A DNA stretch of 64,000 bases from a bacterium. Lineage in GTDB: Bacteria > UBA8248 > JACPRG01 > G963555815. The first letter of the stretch is position 1; each line of letters opens with the position of its first letter. The DNA is taken from positions 352,001-416,000 of the forward strand of contig CAUVWX020000001.1 of NCBI GenBank assembly GCA_963555815.3, in the 5' to 3' direction. Below are positions 15,216 through 25,607 of this stretch, piece by piece. A program made the translations under genes and the position numbers. The notes below the pieces were generated by a model. The model was not told the DNA's origin, searched no databases, and saw only the letters and a list, made by a program, of their open reading frames with translations.

Positions 15216-15922
15216 CCCTTCCTTCTGGCTGGATAGGGGCAGATCCGGTTCAGGGGACATGGGTCGCAAAGGGGTTTGGGCTTGCAGTAGTGTTTCCCCA
15301 GGGCCACCCATAGGGCGTGAAATTCATTGTAGAGCTCGGAGTCTCGCGGCAGGTGGTGCTCGAAGAGCGCCTGGAGCGAGTCGTAATCCGCTTTTGAATC
15401 GGTCAGACCCAGACGTCCCAGGCTTCGGCGCGTGTAGGCGTCAATGACGAAGACCGGAAAGCCGCCGGCGTAAAGAAGGATGGAATCGGCCGTCTCGGGG
15501 CCTATTCCATTCACGCCCAAAAGGGCTTCTCGAAGGGGGCCGACCGGACCCTGGAGCATGGCCTCGAGATCACCCTCGAACTCCCCCCAGAGGAAGTCGG
15601 AAAAGGCTTTCAGGCGCCGCGCCTTAACATTGAAGTATCCGGCCGAGTGGATAAGGGTGGAAAGCTGGGAAAGGCGGACCCGCCGAAGGCCTTCAGAAGA
15701 GAGAAGCTCTTTTGTTTTCAGCCGGGAAATGGCCCGTTCGACATTGGTCCAGGCGGTGTTCTGCGTCAGGATGGCCCCGACGCAGACCTCAAAAGGCGTT
15801 TCGCCAGGCCACCATCCCTGGGAACCGAAGTGGCGCAGGAGGGTTCTGAAGATCTGAAGGAGCCGCCTTCGGACGTCGGCCCGGGTGGCCCTTCTTTCCG
15901 AGGTTCCCCTCGGCAATGTCAT
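15212..15922 (-). CDS. Endonuclease III-related HhH-GPD glycosylase with Fe-S cluster
   Basis: WWPGETPFEV.VGAILTQNT, GIGPETADSI, CKPKPLCDPCPL..IC. Confidence 0.92.
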   Translation of the reverse strand: MTLPRGTSERRATRADVRRRLLQIFRTLLRHFGSQGWWPGETPFEVCVGAILTQNTAWTNVERAISRLKTKELLSSEGLRRVRLSQLSTLIHSAGYFNVKARRLKAFSDFLWGEFEGDLEAMLQGPVGPLREALLGVNGIGPETADSILLYAGGFPVFVIDAYTRRSLGRLGLTDSKADYDSLQALFEHHLPRDSELYNEFHALWVALGKHYCKPKPLCDPCPLNRICPYPARRKG

Positions 15923-16142
15923 TCTCCTTTGCGCTAAACTAAAGATTCTAATTTTCTCAGGAGTCTCTCAGCCCAAATAAAAACTGTCAAGCAACGGAGC
16001 ACAGGATCGATATCCTTCCTAGTGAAACGGCAAATGATGATAGCTGAAGAGGGTTATCATGATCGCAACGAGAAAATGGGTTTTCTGAAGGATCGCCCTG
16101 ATACCTTGGGATTGCCATTCCCGAGGTGAGGAGGAGAGTGCA

Positions 16143-16949
16143 ATGGAATTTGTGGACAAGAGAGCCGTCATTACGGGCGCCTCCTCAGGGATAGGGCGAC
16201 AGATCGCCCTCGACCTCGCCCGGGCGGGTGCCCGGACCGTCCTCGTCGCCAGAAACCGAGACCGTCTGGATGAGGTGAGGCGTGAGATCGAGAAGGAGAC
16301 CGGGCGGGACGCCGAGGCTTTTGTCCTGGACGTCGGAGATGCGAAGGCCTATCAGGACACGGCGCGGCAGATCCTGGAAAAGGGTCCTGTGCATATTCTC
16401 ATCAACAATGCGGGGTGGGGGTTTGAGGGGCCCTTTCTAGACCACCGGCCAGACGAGACAGAGGCCATGATGAAGACCAACTATCTCGGGGTGGTCAACG
16501 GAGTCGCCGCCTTCGCCCCCGGGATGAAGGAGGCGAGAGGGGGGCACATCGTCAACATGGCCTCCGTGGTGGGACTCTTCGTCCTGCCCTATGCGGCCGC
16601 CTACTGTGCCACCAAGTTCGCCGTCGTGGGTCTTGGCATGGGCCTTCGGCTCGAGCTTGACCCCCACGGGGTCCGGGTCATTACCATCTGCCCCGGGGTT
16701 GTGGATACCCCTCTTATTCAAGCCCAGAAGGTTCAGGTGTTCCCAAAGCCTATCTTAAAACCTAAAGATGTGAGCCGGGCGGTCCTGCGAGCCATTCGTC
16801 GAAACCGCTCCTTCGTGGTGGTCCCCGGCTTTTTCAAGGCCGCTGTCCACATCGCCAATCTCTTCCCCAGAACTTTCCATTTTGTGATGGCCATGCGGGC
16901 GCGGAAGCTGGCCCGAGAGTTCGCCGCCCTGGCTGGCAGGAAATTATAG
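16143..16949 (+). CDS. Short-chain dehydrogenase/reductase
   Basis: TGASSGIG, NNAG, YCATK. Confidence 0.93.
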   Translation: MEFVDKRAVITGASSGIGRQIALDLARAGARTVLVARNRDRLDEVRREIEKETGRDAEAFVLDVGDAKAYQDTARQILEKGPVHILINNAGWGFEGPFLDHRPDETEAMMKTNYLGVVNGVAAFAPGMKEARGGHIVNMASVVGLFVLPYAAAYCATKFAVVGLGMGLRLELDPHGVRVITICPGVVDTPLIQAQKVQVFPKPILKPKDVSRAVLRAIRRNRSFVVVPGFFKAAVHIANLFPRTFHFVMAMRARKLAREFAALAGRKL

Positions 16950-16997
16950 AAAAAGCCTGAGAGTGCTTTTTTAAAGGTTAGGACAGCAGGAGGACTT

Positions 16998-17888
16998 TCA
17001 GGGTACCTCGATGGGGAGGTCGTCTCGGTTTCCCCACTCCTCCCAGGATCCGTCGTAGCCCCGGACGTTCTCATAGCCCAGGAGCCGGAGTGTGAAGTAG
17101 GCGTGGGCGCCCCGGTGATGCGTCTGACAGTAGGCGACCACCTCCTTGTCCTTCGAGGCGCCAAGCTGTTCGTACATCTTCGAGACCTCCTCCGCCCCTT
17201 TCCATTTGTTCTCGAAGGGGGTTAGGGTCTCCACCCACTCCACGTTGACGGCCCCCGGGACGTGTCCCCCGCGGGTGGAGAAGAGTTGACGCCCGTCGTA
17301 CTCTGCAGGGCTTCGGGCGTCCACGAGGGCGAGCCCTGGGTCATCGAGACGCTCGGCGATCTCCTCGGCCGTGATGACGAGCTTCGGATCGAGATGGACG
17401 ACAAACTGCCTGAGGGAGATCTCAGGTGTCTCCTGGGAAAGCTCTCCCACCTCCGCGACCCAGGCCTGAAAGCCCCCGTTCAGGATCCTGGCCTTTCGGT
17501 GCCCCGCGTGCTCCAGGGTCCAGAAGAGGCGTGCGGCGTGAAGGCCACCTTGATCGTCGTAGCCGACCACGGTCGTGTCGGCATCTATGCCCAAGCCGCC
17601 GAGGACGGCTTCAAGCGTGGGGGCATCGGCAATCATGCCGGCCACCCCCCCCACTGTCGCTCGGACATCCGGTAAATCCAACTGGACCGCGCCAGGGATA
17701 TGCCCCTCCTCATACTGCCCCTTGCTCCGAAGGTCTACGATCCGAATCTGTGGGTCATTCAGGTGATCCTTCAGCCAGACGGGCTCGGGGAGGAGATGGG
17801 CGTTGGGATAAGGGGTTTGACCGAAGACCTGTCCGATGAAAAGCAAAAAGATGAACAAGGCGAGCGCTGAAATGCCTCGGGACCGCAT
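16998..17888 (-). CDS. Exported tandem-rhodanese sulfurtransferase (SseA/YnjE-like)
   Basis: Signal peptide, GHIPGA, catalytic CQTHHR, YDGSWEEW. Confidence 0.9.
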   Translation of the reverse strand: MRSRGISALALFIFLLFIGQVFGQTPYPNAHLLPEPVWLKDHLNDPQIRIVDLRSKGQYEEGHIPGAVQLDLPDVRATVGGVAGMIADAPTLEAVLGGLGIDADTTVVGYDDQGGLHAARLFWTLEHAGHRKARILNGGFQAWVAEVGELSQETPEISLRQFVVHLDPKLVITAEEIAERLDDPGLALVDARSPAEYDGRQLFSTRGGHVPGAVNVEWVETLTPFENKWKGAEEVSKMYEQLGASKDKEVVAYCQTHHRGAHAYFTLRLLGYENVRGYDGSWEEWGNRDDLPIEVP

Positions 17889-18025
17889 CGGGTCACTCTC
17901 CTTATTTTTGAAGGACAAAGGGGATTTCTCTAAACATCTTTATATCATGCTCCTCTGGGGATCTCCATCAATTCCCCCGCCGTCTTCTTGCAAAACGAAC
18001 CCTCCCGCGCAAAAAGGCCAAACCA

Positions 18026-19189
18026 TCAGATCTTCCGGTGGCGTTCAGCCATCTCGAAGCGCTTTTGAAGGGGTGGATGGCTGTAGAAGAGCCACTCTAC
18101 AACCCTAGAGGGGGCCTCCTCGGCCAAATTGCGCCGGGAGAGTTTTTTCATGGCGGAGATGAAGGCGTCGGGGTTCCCGGTCAGACGCAGGGCGAAGGCG
18201 TCACACCCGGCCTCAATCCGCCTCGAGAGGGCCAGGGCGAAAGGGCCCCCCAGAAAGCCAAAAACGAGGAAGACCAGCAAGAGAAGCGGGAGCCCTGCCA
18301 CATCCGACTTCGCCGAAAGCCCTAAAGAGACTGCTCCCCACCCCAGAACCCAGTCGGAAGCGTACAAGGCCAAGAGCCCCGCCCCAGTTTGAAGAAGAAT
18401 CCCTTTCGGGAGATGTCCCTGTCGGTCGTGGCCCAGCTCGTGGGCCACGACGGCGCCCGTCTCCTCAGCCGTGAAGTCCGCCAGGAGGGTGTCCGATAGA
18501 AGAATCCGCCGCGTCTTCCACAACCCCATCACGGCAGCATTGGCGGCCCGGGTCTTCCGCCCAAGGTCAAACTGGTAGATCCCCTTCACCCGGGTCCCTG
18601 CCCGCTCGCCCAGAGAGCGGAGCCCTGAGGTCAAAGCGGGATCCTCGATGGGCTCGGTCTTGAAAAAGATGGGGAGGAGGAAAATCGGAGCCAGATAAGT
18701 CCCAAGGGTGAGAAAGAGGAGGAGCCCGATGGCCGCCCAAAGGGGCCAAAAGGCACCCCCATCCCGAAGGAGCCAGTAGAGGACCTCAAGGGCTATCCCC
18801 CCGACGAAGAGGGTGACGAGGAAGGATTTCAGGCGGTCCCCCAAAAAAGCCCCCGGAGACTGGCGACTCAGACCAAACCGACGGGGAAGGGTGTAACCTG
18901 CGTAGGTCTCAAGGGGTAAGCTTAAAATCTCATAGCCCGCGGCCAAAACAACATAAAACAGGGCCATCTGAATCCAGGGATTGGAGCTGGGGATGAGGCC
19001 AGCGAGGGACAGAGAAGCACCCGAGCCAAGAAGCGCCACAAGATAGGCAAGCGAGAGGAACCCCTGCCCGATGCTGAAGCGCCTCCTCAGCCGGTGGTAC
19101 TGACGCGCCTCGGCTTGAGACTGCGGTTCACCACCAGTTCCGGGCTGGACCGTTTGAGAGGAATATGTTCCTTCCTCTGGAAGATGCAT
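18026..19189 (-). CDS. M48 (Ste24-like) membrane zinc protease
   Basis: HELGH, ANAA, E..CD.FA, YSHPP. Confidence 0.92.
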   Translation of the reverse strand: MHLPEEGTYSSQTVQPGTGGEPQSQAEARQYHRLRRRFSIGQGFLSLAYLVALLGSGASLSLAGLIPSSNPWIQMALFYVVLAAGYEILSLPLETYAGYTLPRRFGLSRQSPGAFLGDRLKSFLVTLFVGGIALEVLYWLLRDGGAFWPLWAAIGLLLFLTLGTYLAPIFLLPIFFKTEPIEDPALTSGLRSLGERAGTRVKGIYQFDLGRKTRAANAAVMGLWKTRRILLSDTLLADFTAEETGAVVAHELGHDRQGHLPKGILLQTGAGLLALYASDWVLGWGAVSLGLSAKSDVAGLPLLLLVFLVFGFLGGPFALALSRRIEAGCDAFALRLTGNPDAFISAMKKLSRRNLAEEAPSRVVEWLFYSHPPLQKRFEMAERHRKI

Positions 19190-19318
19190 CCCGCCTCCTA
19201 GCTCATTTCCGATGCCCTTCATTGAAAATTCCCAAGAGACTTAGAGTCCCGTCTACTGGCCCATCCGCTACCCTGCACCTAGTATGATATATAGGTTTTT
19301 GCGGGACAGAGGACATCC

Positions 19319-20368
19319 ATGAAAGAGCCCATTGATCTTCGAAGCGACACCGTGACGAGACCGACGCCTAAGATGCGGCAGGCCATTGCCCAGGCCGAGG
19401 TGGGGGACGACTGCTACGGCGAGGACCCTTCTGCCAACGCGCTCCAAGAGAGGGCGGCCGCCCTTTTGGGCAAGGAGAGGGCCCTCTTTGTCCCCTCCGG
19501 GACCATGGCTAATCAACTGGCCATCAAGGGCCACACGCGGCCGGGGGAAGAGGTGATCCTGGAGGCCACCTCCCATCCCTTCAATTATGAGGCCGGTGCT
19601 CCGGCCGCGCTGTCAGGCGTCCAGTGTTTTCCCATCGCGGGAGAACGAGGAATCTTAGAGCCAAAGACTGTCGAAGAGGCTATCCGTCCTGATGCGCCCC
19701 ATCATCCCCGGACGGCCCTCGTCTGCGTCGAGAACACTCACAATCGGGGCGGGGGGTCCGTCTACCCTCCGGAGACCCTTCAAGCTATTTGGGAGGTGGC
19801 GAAGGGGCGAGACCTAAAAATTCACCTCGATGGGGCTCGGATCTTCAATGCCTCGGTCGCCTCCGGGGTCCCGGTTCATGAATACGCCCGCTTTGCCGAT
19901 ACCGTCTCTTTCTGCCTCTCAAAGGGTCTAGGGGCCCCTATTGGATCTGTTCTGGCCGGTCCCTCAGACTTCATCGCGCGGGCCCTTCGGGACCGGCGAC
20001 TTTTGGGAGGGGGGATGCGCCAAGTGGGGATCCTGGCGGCGGCCGGGCTTTACGCCCTGGACCATCACGTGGCCCGCCTGGTGGAGGATCACGAGAACGC
20101 CCGTCGTCTGGCCGCCGGCCTACAGGAGATTCCGGGCGTCTCCTTCCCCTTGGGCCGCCCCGAGACGAACATCGTCATCTTCGATGTCTCCGGGACAAAG
20201 ATCCCCGTAGATGATGTCACCAGCCGTCTCAAGGAGGAGGGGGTCCTCGTCCACGCCATCTCGCCCCAGCAGATCCGGGCGGTGACCCACCTGGACATCA
20301 CCTCCGCTGACGTTGATCAAGCCCTGGGCGCACTCTGGACGGTGCTCAACGGGCGGAGGAAGCGGTGA
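19319..20368 (+). CDS. ltaE: Low-specificity L-threonine aldolase
   Basis: [33 protein letters not shown]. Confidence 0.95.
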   Translation: MKEPIDLRSDTVTRPTPKMRQAIAQAEVGDDCYGEDPSANALQERAAALLGKERALFVPSGTMANQLAIKGHTRPGEEVILEATSHPFNYEAGAPAALSGVQCFPIAGERGILEPKTVEEAIRPDAPHHPRTALVCVENTHNRGGGSVYPPETLQAIWEVAKGRDLKIHLDGARIFNASVASGVPVHEYARFADTVSFCLSKGLGAPIGSVLAGPSDFIARALRDRRLLGGGMRQVGILAAAGLYALDHHVARLVEDHENARRLAAGLQEIPGVSFPLGRPETNIVIFDVSGTKIPVDDVTSRLKEEGVLVHAISPQQIRAVTHLDITSADVDQALGALWTVLNGRRKR

Positions 20369-21126
20369 AGGTCATCGTCCTCGGCTGTGGGACCTCCACT
20401 GGGGTCCCAAGCATCGGCTGCCACTGTTCTGTCTGCACCTCAAGCCACCCCCGCAACCGAAGGCTCCGAGCCTCCATCTGGCTGCAGTGGGAGGGGCGGG
20501 GCATCTTGATCGATACGACCACAGACCTTCGCCAACAGGCCCTGGAATACAAGATTCCTCGCGTCGATGCCGTCCTCTATACCCACGCTCACGCCGACCA
20601 CATCCACGGCATCGACGAGCTTCGGGTGTATAATAATCTCCAAGAAGGGGTGATCCCCTGCTTCGGCTCCCGCGAAACGATGGCCCGGCTTCATCACGTC
20701 TTCAACTATATCTTCAACGACGACGGCTCAGAGCTGTTCCGCCCTCAACTCACAGCAGAGGTCATTGAGGACCCCTTTCGCCTCTTCGGCCAGGAGGTCA
20801 TACCCCTTCCGGCCGACCACGGGCCGGGGGGGGCAGTCCTGGGCTTTCGCTTTGGCCCCCTTGCCTACCTGACCGACTGCGTGAAAATCCCCGAGGAGAC
20901 GCTGGGGCTCATGGAGGGACTCACCGTCCTTATCCTGGACGCCTTGCGTGCGACACCCCATCCATCCCACATGACCCTTGATGCGGCTTCTCGCGTGGCC
21001 CTGCGGCTGGGCGCCACCCAGACCTACCTGACCCACATGAGCCACGACGTAGACTACGAAGCGGCCAACGCCTCCCTCCCTGCGAGGGTGGAGCTCGCCT
21101 ACGATGGCCTTGAGCTAGCGCTCTAG
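20365..21126 (+). CDS. MBL-fold metallo-hydrolase (PhnP-like)
   Basis: [22 protein letters not shown]. Confidence 0.92.
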   Translation: MKVIVLGCGTSTGVPSIGCHCSVCTSSHPRNRRLRASIWLQWEGRGILIDTTTDLRQQALEYKIPRVDAVLYTHAHADHIHGIDELRVYNNLQEGVIPCFGSRETMARLHHVFNYIFNDDGSELFRPQLTAEVIEDPFRLFGQEVIPLPADHGPGGAVLGFRFGPLAYLTDCVKIPEETLGLMEGLTVLILDALRATPHPSHMTLDAASRVALRLGATQTYLTHMSHDVDYEAANASLPARVELAYDGLELAL

Positions 21127-21190
21127 GGTGTTGGCGAGAGAAGTCACCAGGAGAAACCCTTGAGATCTCTCAGGCCAGGCTGGAGCTGGA

Positions 21191-21207
21191 GGGGGGGGGG
21201 GGGGGGG
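21191..21207. repeat. G17 homopolymer
   Basis: 17 consecutive G in the intergenic region upstream of the rpsU promoter. Confidence 0.9.
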
Positions 21208-21385
21208 CAGCGAAATTCCATCGGCCCTGCCGAAGAGGCCCTTGACCAAAAGCAGAGAGTGTGCCATATTAGCGCGTTATAGTGGAAATGTTTTTATCCC
21301 AAGTGAGGATAGGATCCTGTCTCATCGTGGTGGAAAATGCGTCAGGTTCGGTTAGTTTGAACCACTAAGAAACTGAGGAGGGGCT

Positions 21386-21565
21386 GTGCCGGATCCGCTG
21401 GCAGTTAGGGTCGACGACAATTTGGAGCGCGCCATTCGCTTCTTGAAAAAGAAGATGGACAAAGAAGGGATCTTCAAGGAGTTGCGTCGGAGGCGAAGCT
21501 ATGAGAAACCGAGTGTTCGCAAAAGGGCCAAGCGCGCAAGGGCCATCCGGGCTCAGCGCAAATAG
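21386..21565 (+). CDS. rpsU: 30S ribosomal protein bS21 (59 aa, absent from the ORF track)
   Basis: [58 protein letters not shown]; upstream TTGACC-17-CATATT. Confidence 0.95.
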   Translation: MPDPLAVRVDDNLERAIRFLKKKMDKEGIFKELRRRRSYEKPSVRKRAKRARAIRAQRK

Positions 21566-21697
21566 GCGTTGCCGGGCACCGGTCCGAGGGTCTTCTGGGG
21601 TGCTATCCTGGCCCATGATTGACGAAATAGGAAAAAATCTTTTTGATTTTAAAAGGTTTGTAAGAATAATGGACGGAGGCAAGAGGAGGAATCGCCC

Positions 21698-22219
21698 ATG
21701 TGGTCCAAGAGCACTCCCCCGGATACCCCTGCTAGGCCTGACACAAAGGTTACGCCGAACTCTCTGCTCCGCGTTGATGAGAACGTGAAGATAGGTAAGA
21801 CGATCGTCATCAAGGGAGAGTTGACGGGAGACGAAAACCTCACCATCGAGGGCCGGGTGGAGGGACGGGTTGAACTTCGCAATCATCAGCTCACCATCGG
21901 CTCGAGCGGGAAGGTCCATGCGGAAATCCTGGCCAAGACGGTCACCGTCATCGGACAAGTAGAGGGCAACGTCGAGGCCACGGATCTGATGGAGATCCGG
22001 GAATCGGGATCGCTCCTAGGGGACATTCGGGCGCCCAGGGTCGTCATCGCCGACGGGGCAAATTTAAAGGGTTCCGTCGATATGGTCCAGCAAGGACCTG
22101 GGGCCCCAAAGGGGATCCCCGAGAAAAGCCTTAAAGGCCCGCTGCCCGTGAGGGGGGACAAAGCCCCGGAGGGCAGGCCGACAGTGATCCTGAAGGCGGG
22201 CAAGGAGCCTAACAAATAG
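21698..22219 (+). CDS. Bactofilin (polymer-forming cytoskeletal protein)
   Basis: IGKTIVIKGELTGDENLTIEGRVEG beta-helix repeats. Confidence 0.93.
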   Translation: MWSKSTPPDTPARPDTKVTPNSLLRVDENVKIGKTIVIKGELTGDENLTIEGRVEGRVELRNHQLTIGSSGKVHAEILAKTVTVIGQVEGNVEATDLMEIRESGSLLGDIRAPRVVIADGANLKGSVDMVQQGPGAPKGIPEKSLKGPLPVRGDKAPEGRPTVILKAGKEPNK

Positions 22220-22251
22220 GGTCCTTCAGGGGGACCCTGAAAGAGGGATCT

Positions 22252-22974
22252 TTGGGACGTCGCCGCAAGAGTGCTTGGGTTGACGAATACGTCAGCGAGA
22301 TCTTCCTTTGGAAAAATTTTCTCACGCCTGATCCTGCCCCCAAGGTGGTGCAACCCCAGATGCCCCCTCGGGTTCAGACGAGCGAAGCCCTAAAAGTGTT
22401 CCTGAACATGCTGGCCAAGAAGGAACAGCCAGCCATCCTGGATTTGGGCGGGGTGAAGGGGGACCATATCCAGTTCTTTTGCGACCACGGCTTCAAGGTC
22501 CATGTCTTCGACCTTTTGCAGACCCTTCCTCGAGTCGCGGCGGCAGACAAAGAGGAAAATGCGAAAGAATCCGAGCCTTCCGAGGACGAACTCTACGAGA
22601 AAGTGATGGGGGGGGTCAACTACCCAGATGGCTCTTTATCAGGTGTACTCTGCTGGGATATCCTGGACCACCTGGAGTCAAAATATGCCCATTCGTTTAT
22701 CCAGCGGGTCAAGAGATCGATGAAGGACGGGGGCCTTCTCCTCTCCTTCTTCAGCATGAGAAAGACGAACGGGGACTCGGAAGGTTGGGACTATCGGATC
22801 ATGGATCGAGAACATGTGGAGTTTCTCCCCAAAGAGACAAAGCTCGCTGCCAGGCACAACTATCACAACGGGGAGATCATGAAACTCTTCAAGGGTTTCA
22901 AGGTGCTCTATTTCTATTTCCTGAGAAGTAACTTTAGAGAGATCTTGGTCCAAAAGCCCATCGGTGGATTTTAA
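22252..22974 (+). CDS. Class I SAM methyltransferase-like protein (start uncertain)
   Basis: ILDLGG, VLCWDILDHL, MKDGGLLL. Confidence 0.7.
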   Translation: MGRRRKSAWVDEYVSEIFLWKNFLTPDPAPKVVQPQMPPRVQTSEALKVFLNMLAKKEQPAILDLGGVKGDHIQFFCDHGFKVHVFDLLQTLPRVAAADKEENAKESEPSEDELYEKVMGGVNYPDGSLSGVLCWDILDHLESKYAHSFIQRVKRSMKDGGLLLSFFSMRKTNGDSEGWDYRIMDREHVEFLPKETKLAARHNYHNGEIMKLFKGFKVLYFYFLRSNFREILVQKPIGGF

Positions 22975-22996
22975 GGAAGGCGCTTTTTAGTCTTCT

Positions 22997-25582
22997 CTAC
23001 TCATCTTCTTCAATCATTTCAGTAATGACACCCGGCGGGATGCCTATCACTTCCCCTTCGCCCCCGTCAAATCTCATTAGATAGTCTCGAATGGCCCGAA
23101 TCTGTCTCTCCGCATCCCCATTCCATATATCGGTCAGGAAGCTTTCTCCTTCTGAAAAGTAGGTGGGCATCCGGGTCCCCGGCTGAACTTGCTGTGGGTC
23201 TTCCAGCCATTTCACGAGCCAGTCGGGACGAAGCCGGCGGCGGGCCAGGGAGAGGTCGGGCGCAAGATTGGCCGCCTCCTGGCCGGGGGTTTGAACATGG
23301 CACCCCAGGCATTCAAGCTCCTGGAAGATCTTTTTGCCCACCGCCACCACCCCGGGCGAGATGGCCTCCTCGTCCACAAAGACATAGGGGGCATCCTGGG
23401 TTTCATCCTGGGCGGAGAAGTATTGGACCAGGTCAGAGGCCGCCTCGTCCGTCAGGCCGAAGGTGGGCATCCGGATCTTCAGCCAGGGGCGAAGGGGAGT
23501 GGGGCTTTTCAAGAAGTCGAAGAGCCACTGGGGCTGGACCTTCTCCCCCTCTCCATCTAAGGAGGGAGGGGCGAGGGAGGCGTCCTCATAGAGCTCTTGG
23601 ATCTCTCCCCCCTTTCCTTCGATGACGTGGCACCCGACGCAGTTATAACGGGCCGCCAGTTGACGCCCTCGTTCCAGGGTCGCCTCACGGGGGGTGAGGT
23701 GGTCAAGGAACTTCTCTGGGATCTCGTCTCCGTTGAAGCCCCGAAGGAGGGTCAGGAGGGCCGTCGCCTCAGCGTCGCTCAGGTCAAAGTTCGGCATTCG
23801 CAGGATGATGCGGCCGGTGCTGAAGATCCGGGGGTTCTTGAGCTTGGCAAAGGTCCAGGCTTCCCACGTATCGGGGATGTCGAGCACGTTTCCAAAGTCG
23901 AGTTCCTCTGTCCTCTTGTTGGCGAAGGTGGTGAGCTCGACGCTTGGACGGCTGAGGTCCTCAGTCCCCTCGATGAGATGACAGGCATAACAACCCATCT
24001 GCTCGACCAGCCGCCCGCCGGCCGCCGCCTGTTGAGGGTCATGTAGCTCAGCCTCAAGAGCGGGCCTTGGGCGCGGCTCTCCCTTTGTCAGGAGGAAAGC
24101 GGTGATGGCCTGCGCCTCCTCATCGGAGAGGCGAAGGCTCGGCATCGTGGTCTCCGGGTCATAGGCCTTGGGGTCCTTTACCCAGTTCACGAGCCAGTCG
24201 GGGTTGACCTTGGCGGCCACCTGGCTGAGGTCCGGCGCGAAATCTTCCCCCTCCCCATCAACGGCGTGACACCCAAGGCAGCCCCGCTCTCGGAAGAGAA
24301 CCGCTCCCTCTGCCGCCTGCGCCTCAGGGTCCGGGCCCGGCTCAAAGTGAAGGGGCCCGGGGGGGCCCGCATCCTCGGTGGATTTCTGGAGAAAAGCGGC
24401 GATGGCCGTGGACTCTTCCTTAGTCAGACTGAAGAAGGGCATACGGGTCTTGGGCAAAAAGTCCTTCGGACGCATGATCCAAGGGGCGATCCACTCTGGA
24501 CGAAATTTCTGGCTGGATTTTAGAAGGGAGGGGCCCACCCTTTGGACATCCTCATATCCATCGATCAGATGACAACCGGTGCAGCCGAGCTCGAGGAATA
24601 GACGCTTTCCCTGGGAGACGACGGGGGCCCCCGGCATGTCCGCCACTCCCTCGTGGCACTTTCGGCAGGAAGACTCAAGGGCCGGGCCCCTCAGAAGGGG
24701 TCTCTCCCAGAACTCCACCTCTCCGTGCGCCTTTTCCAAGCTATTGAGGGCCTCACCCTGGCCTTGGTGGCAGAGCGTGCAGCCGAACTCCTCGACCGGG
24801 TGTTTCTCAAGGAGGAGCTCCCGCTGGGGATGGGTCCGGAAGGGGACGAGAAAATCATCGAAGCCCGGCCGGTCCACGGCCAAATGGCAGGTCTGACAGC
24901 GGTCGACGATGAAGACGAACTCCCCAAAGGGGTTGCGCTGAGCCCCGCGGATAACGACTTGCTGAATTTCGGGGGTCCGGTCTTGGATGGCCGTCAGGCG
25001 GCGCTCTAACCCGTCGAGCTTCTGGGTGGCCTCGCGATGCTCCGCCTCTAGATCCTTTAGGGGATCCTCCAAGAAACGAACATTTTGGCGGGTCTCATCC
25101 CGGTCGGCTGCGAGACGCGCTTCGGTCGCCTTCAGGCCCCTTATCTGTTCCTCCAGCCGGTCTACCTGGGCCCGCTCGGAGACGCCCGTGGCCCCTCCCT
25201 CCAAGGCATGTCGATACTCGTAGTACGCCTCATCCAACTCACTTCGGGTGAACTGCTTCTCGATCTCAACGTCTTGAAGCCGCCCCTGCGCCCTCCCGAG
25301 CTGTTCTTGGGCGGATAGATAATCCTCGTCATATCGGAGGGCCTCGGACTGACGGACGATCTCCTCCCCGAGCCTGGCGCTCTCCTCCCCCACTCGCCCG
25401 CGTTCCTTCTCATAGTCTCCCTCTACCTTGGCAATCTCCAGGCGGTTGAATTCCCGTTGGTATTTCTTCCAGGGACGCCGGCCTTCGATTTCGTCCCACG
25501 CCGCCCACAAGATGGCACCAAGCAGGAATAAACTGATGAAGAAGAACCGGCGTGCGAAAGAGGTGCGTTCGACGCGAGGCAT
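22997..25582 (-). CDS. Membrane-anchored octaheme cytochrome c with N-terminal coiled coil
   Basis: 8 CxxCH motifs (CQTCH, CTLCH, CRKCH, CTGCH, CLGCH, CYACH, CVGCH, CLGCH); N-terminal TM helix. Confidence 0.92.
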   Translation of the reverse strand: MPRVERTSFARRFFFISLFLLGAILWAAWDEIEGRRPWKKYQREFNRLEIAKVEGDYEKERGRVGEESARLGEEIVRQSEALRYDEDYLSAQEQLGRAQGRLQDVEIEKQFTRSELDEAYYEYRHALEGGATGVSERAQVDRLEEQIRGLKATEARLAADRDETRQNVRFLEDPLKDLEAEHREATQKLDGLERRLTAIQDRTPEIQQVVIRGAQRNPFGEFVFIVDRCQTCHLAVDRPGFDDFLVPFRTHPQRELLLEKHPVEEFGCTLCHQGQGEALNSLEKAHGEVEFWERPLLRGPALESSCRKCHEGVADMPGAPVVSQGKRLFLELGCTGCHLIDGYEDVQRVGPSLLKSSQKFRPEWIAPWIMRPKDFLPKTRMPFFSLTKEESTAIAAFLQKSTEDAGPPGPLHFEPGPDPEAQAAEGAVLFRERGCLGCHAVDGEGEDFAPDLSQVAAKVNPDWLVNWVKDPKAYDPETTMPSLRLSDEEAQAITAFLLTKGEPRPRPALEAELHDPQQAAAGGRLVEQMGCYACHLIEGTEDLSRPSVELTTFANKRTEELDFGNVLDIPDTWEAWTFAKLKNPRIFSTGRIILRMPNFDLSDAEATALLTLLRGFNGDEIPEKFLDHLTPREATLERGRQLAARYNCVGCHVIEGKGGEIQELYEDASLAPPSLDGEGEKVQPQWLFDFLKSPTPLRPWLKIRMPTFGLTDEAASDLVQYFSAQDETQDAPYVFVDEEAISPGVVAVGKKIFQELECLGCHVQTPGQEAANLAPDLSLARRRLRPDWLVKWLEDPQQVQPGTRMPTYFSEGESFLTDIWNGDAERQIRAIRDYLMRFDGGEGEVIGIPPGVITEMIEEDE

Positions 25583-25607
25583 CAGGAAACCCCTCGGCCC
25601 GCGGGCC

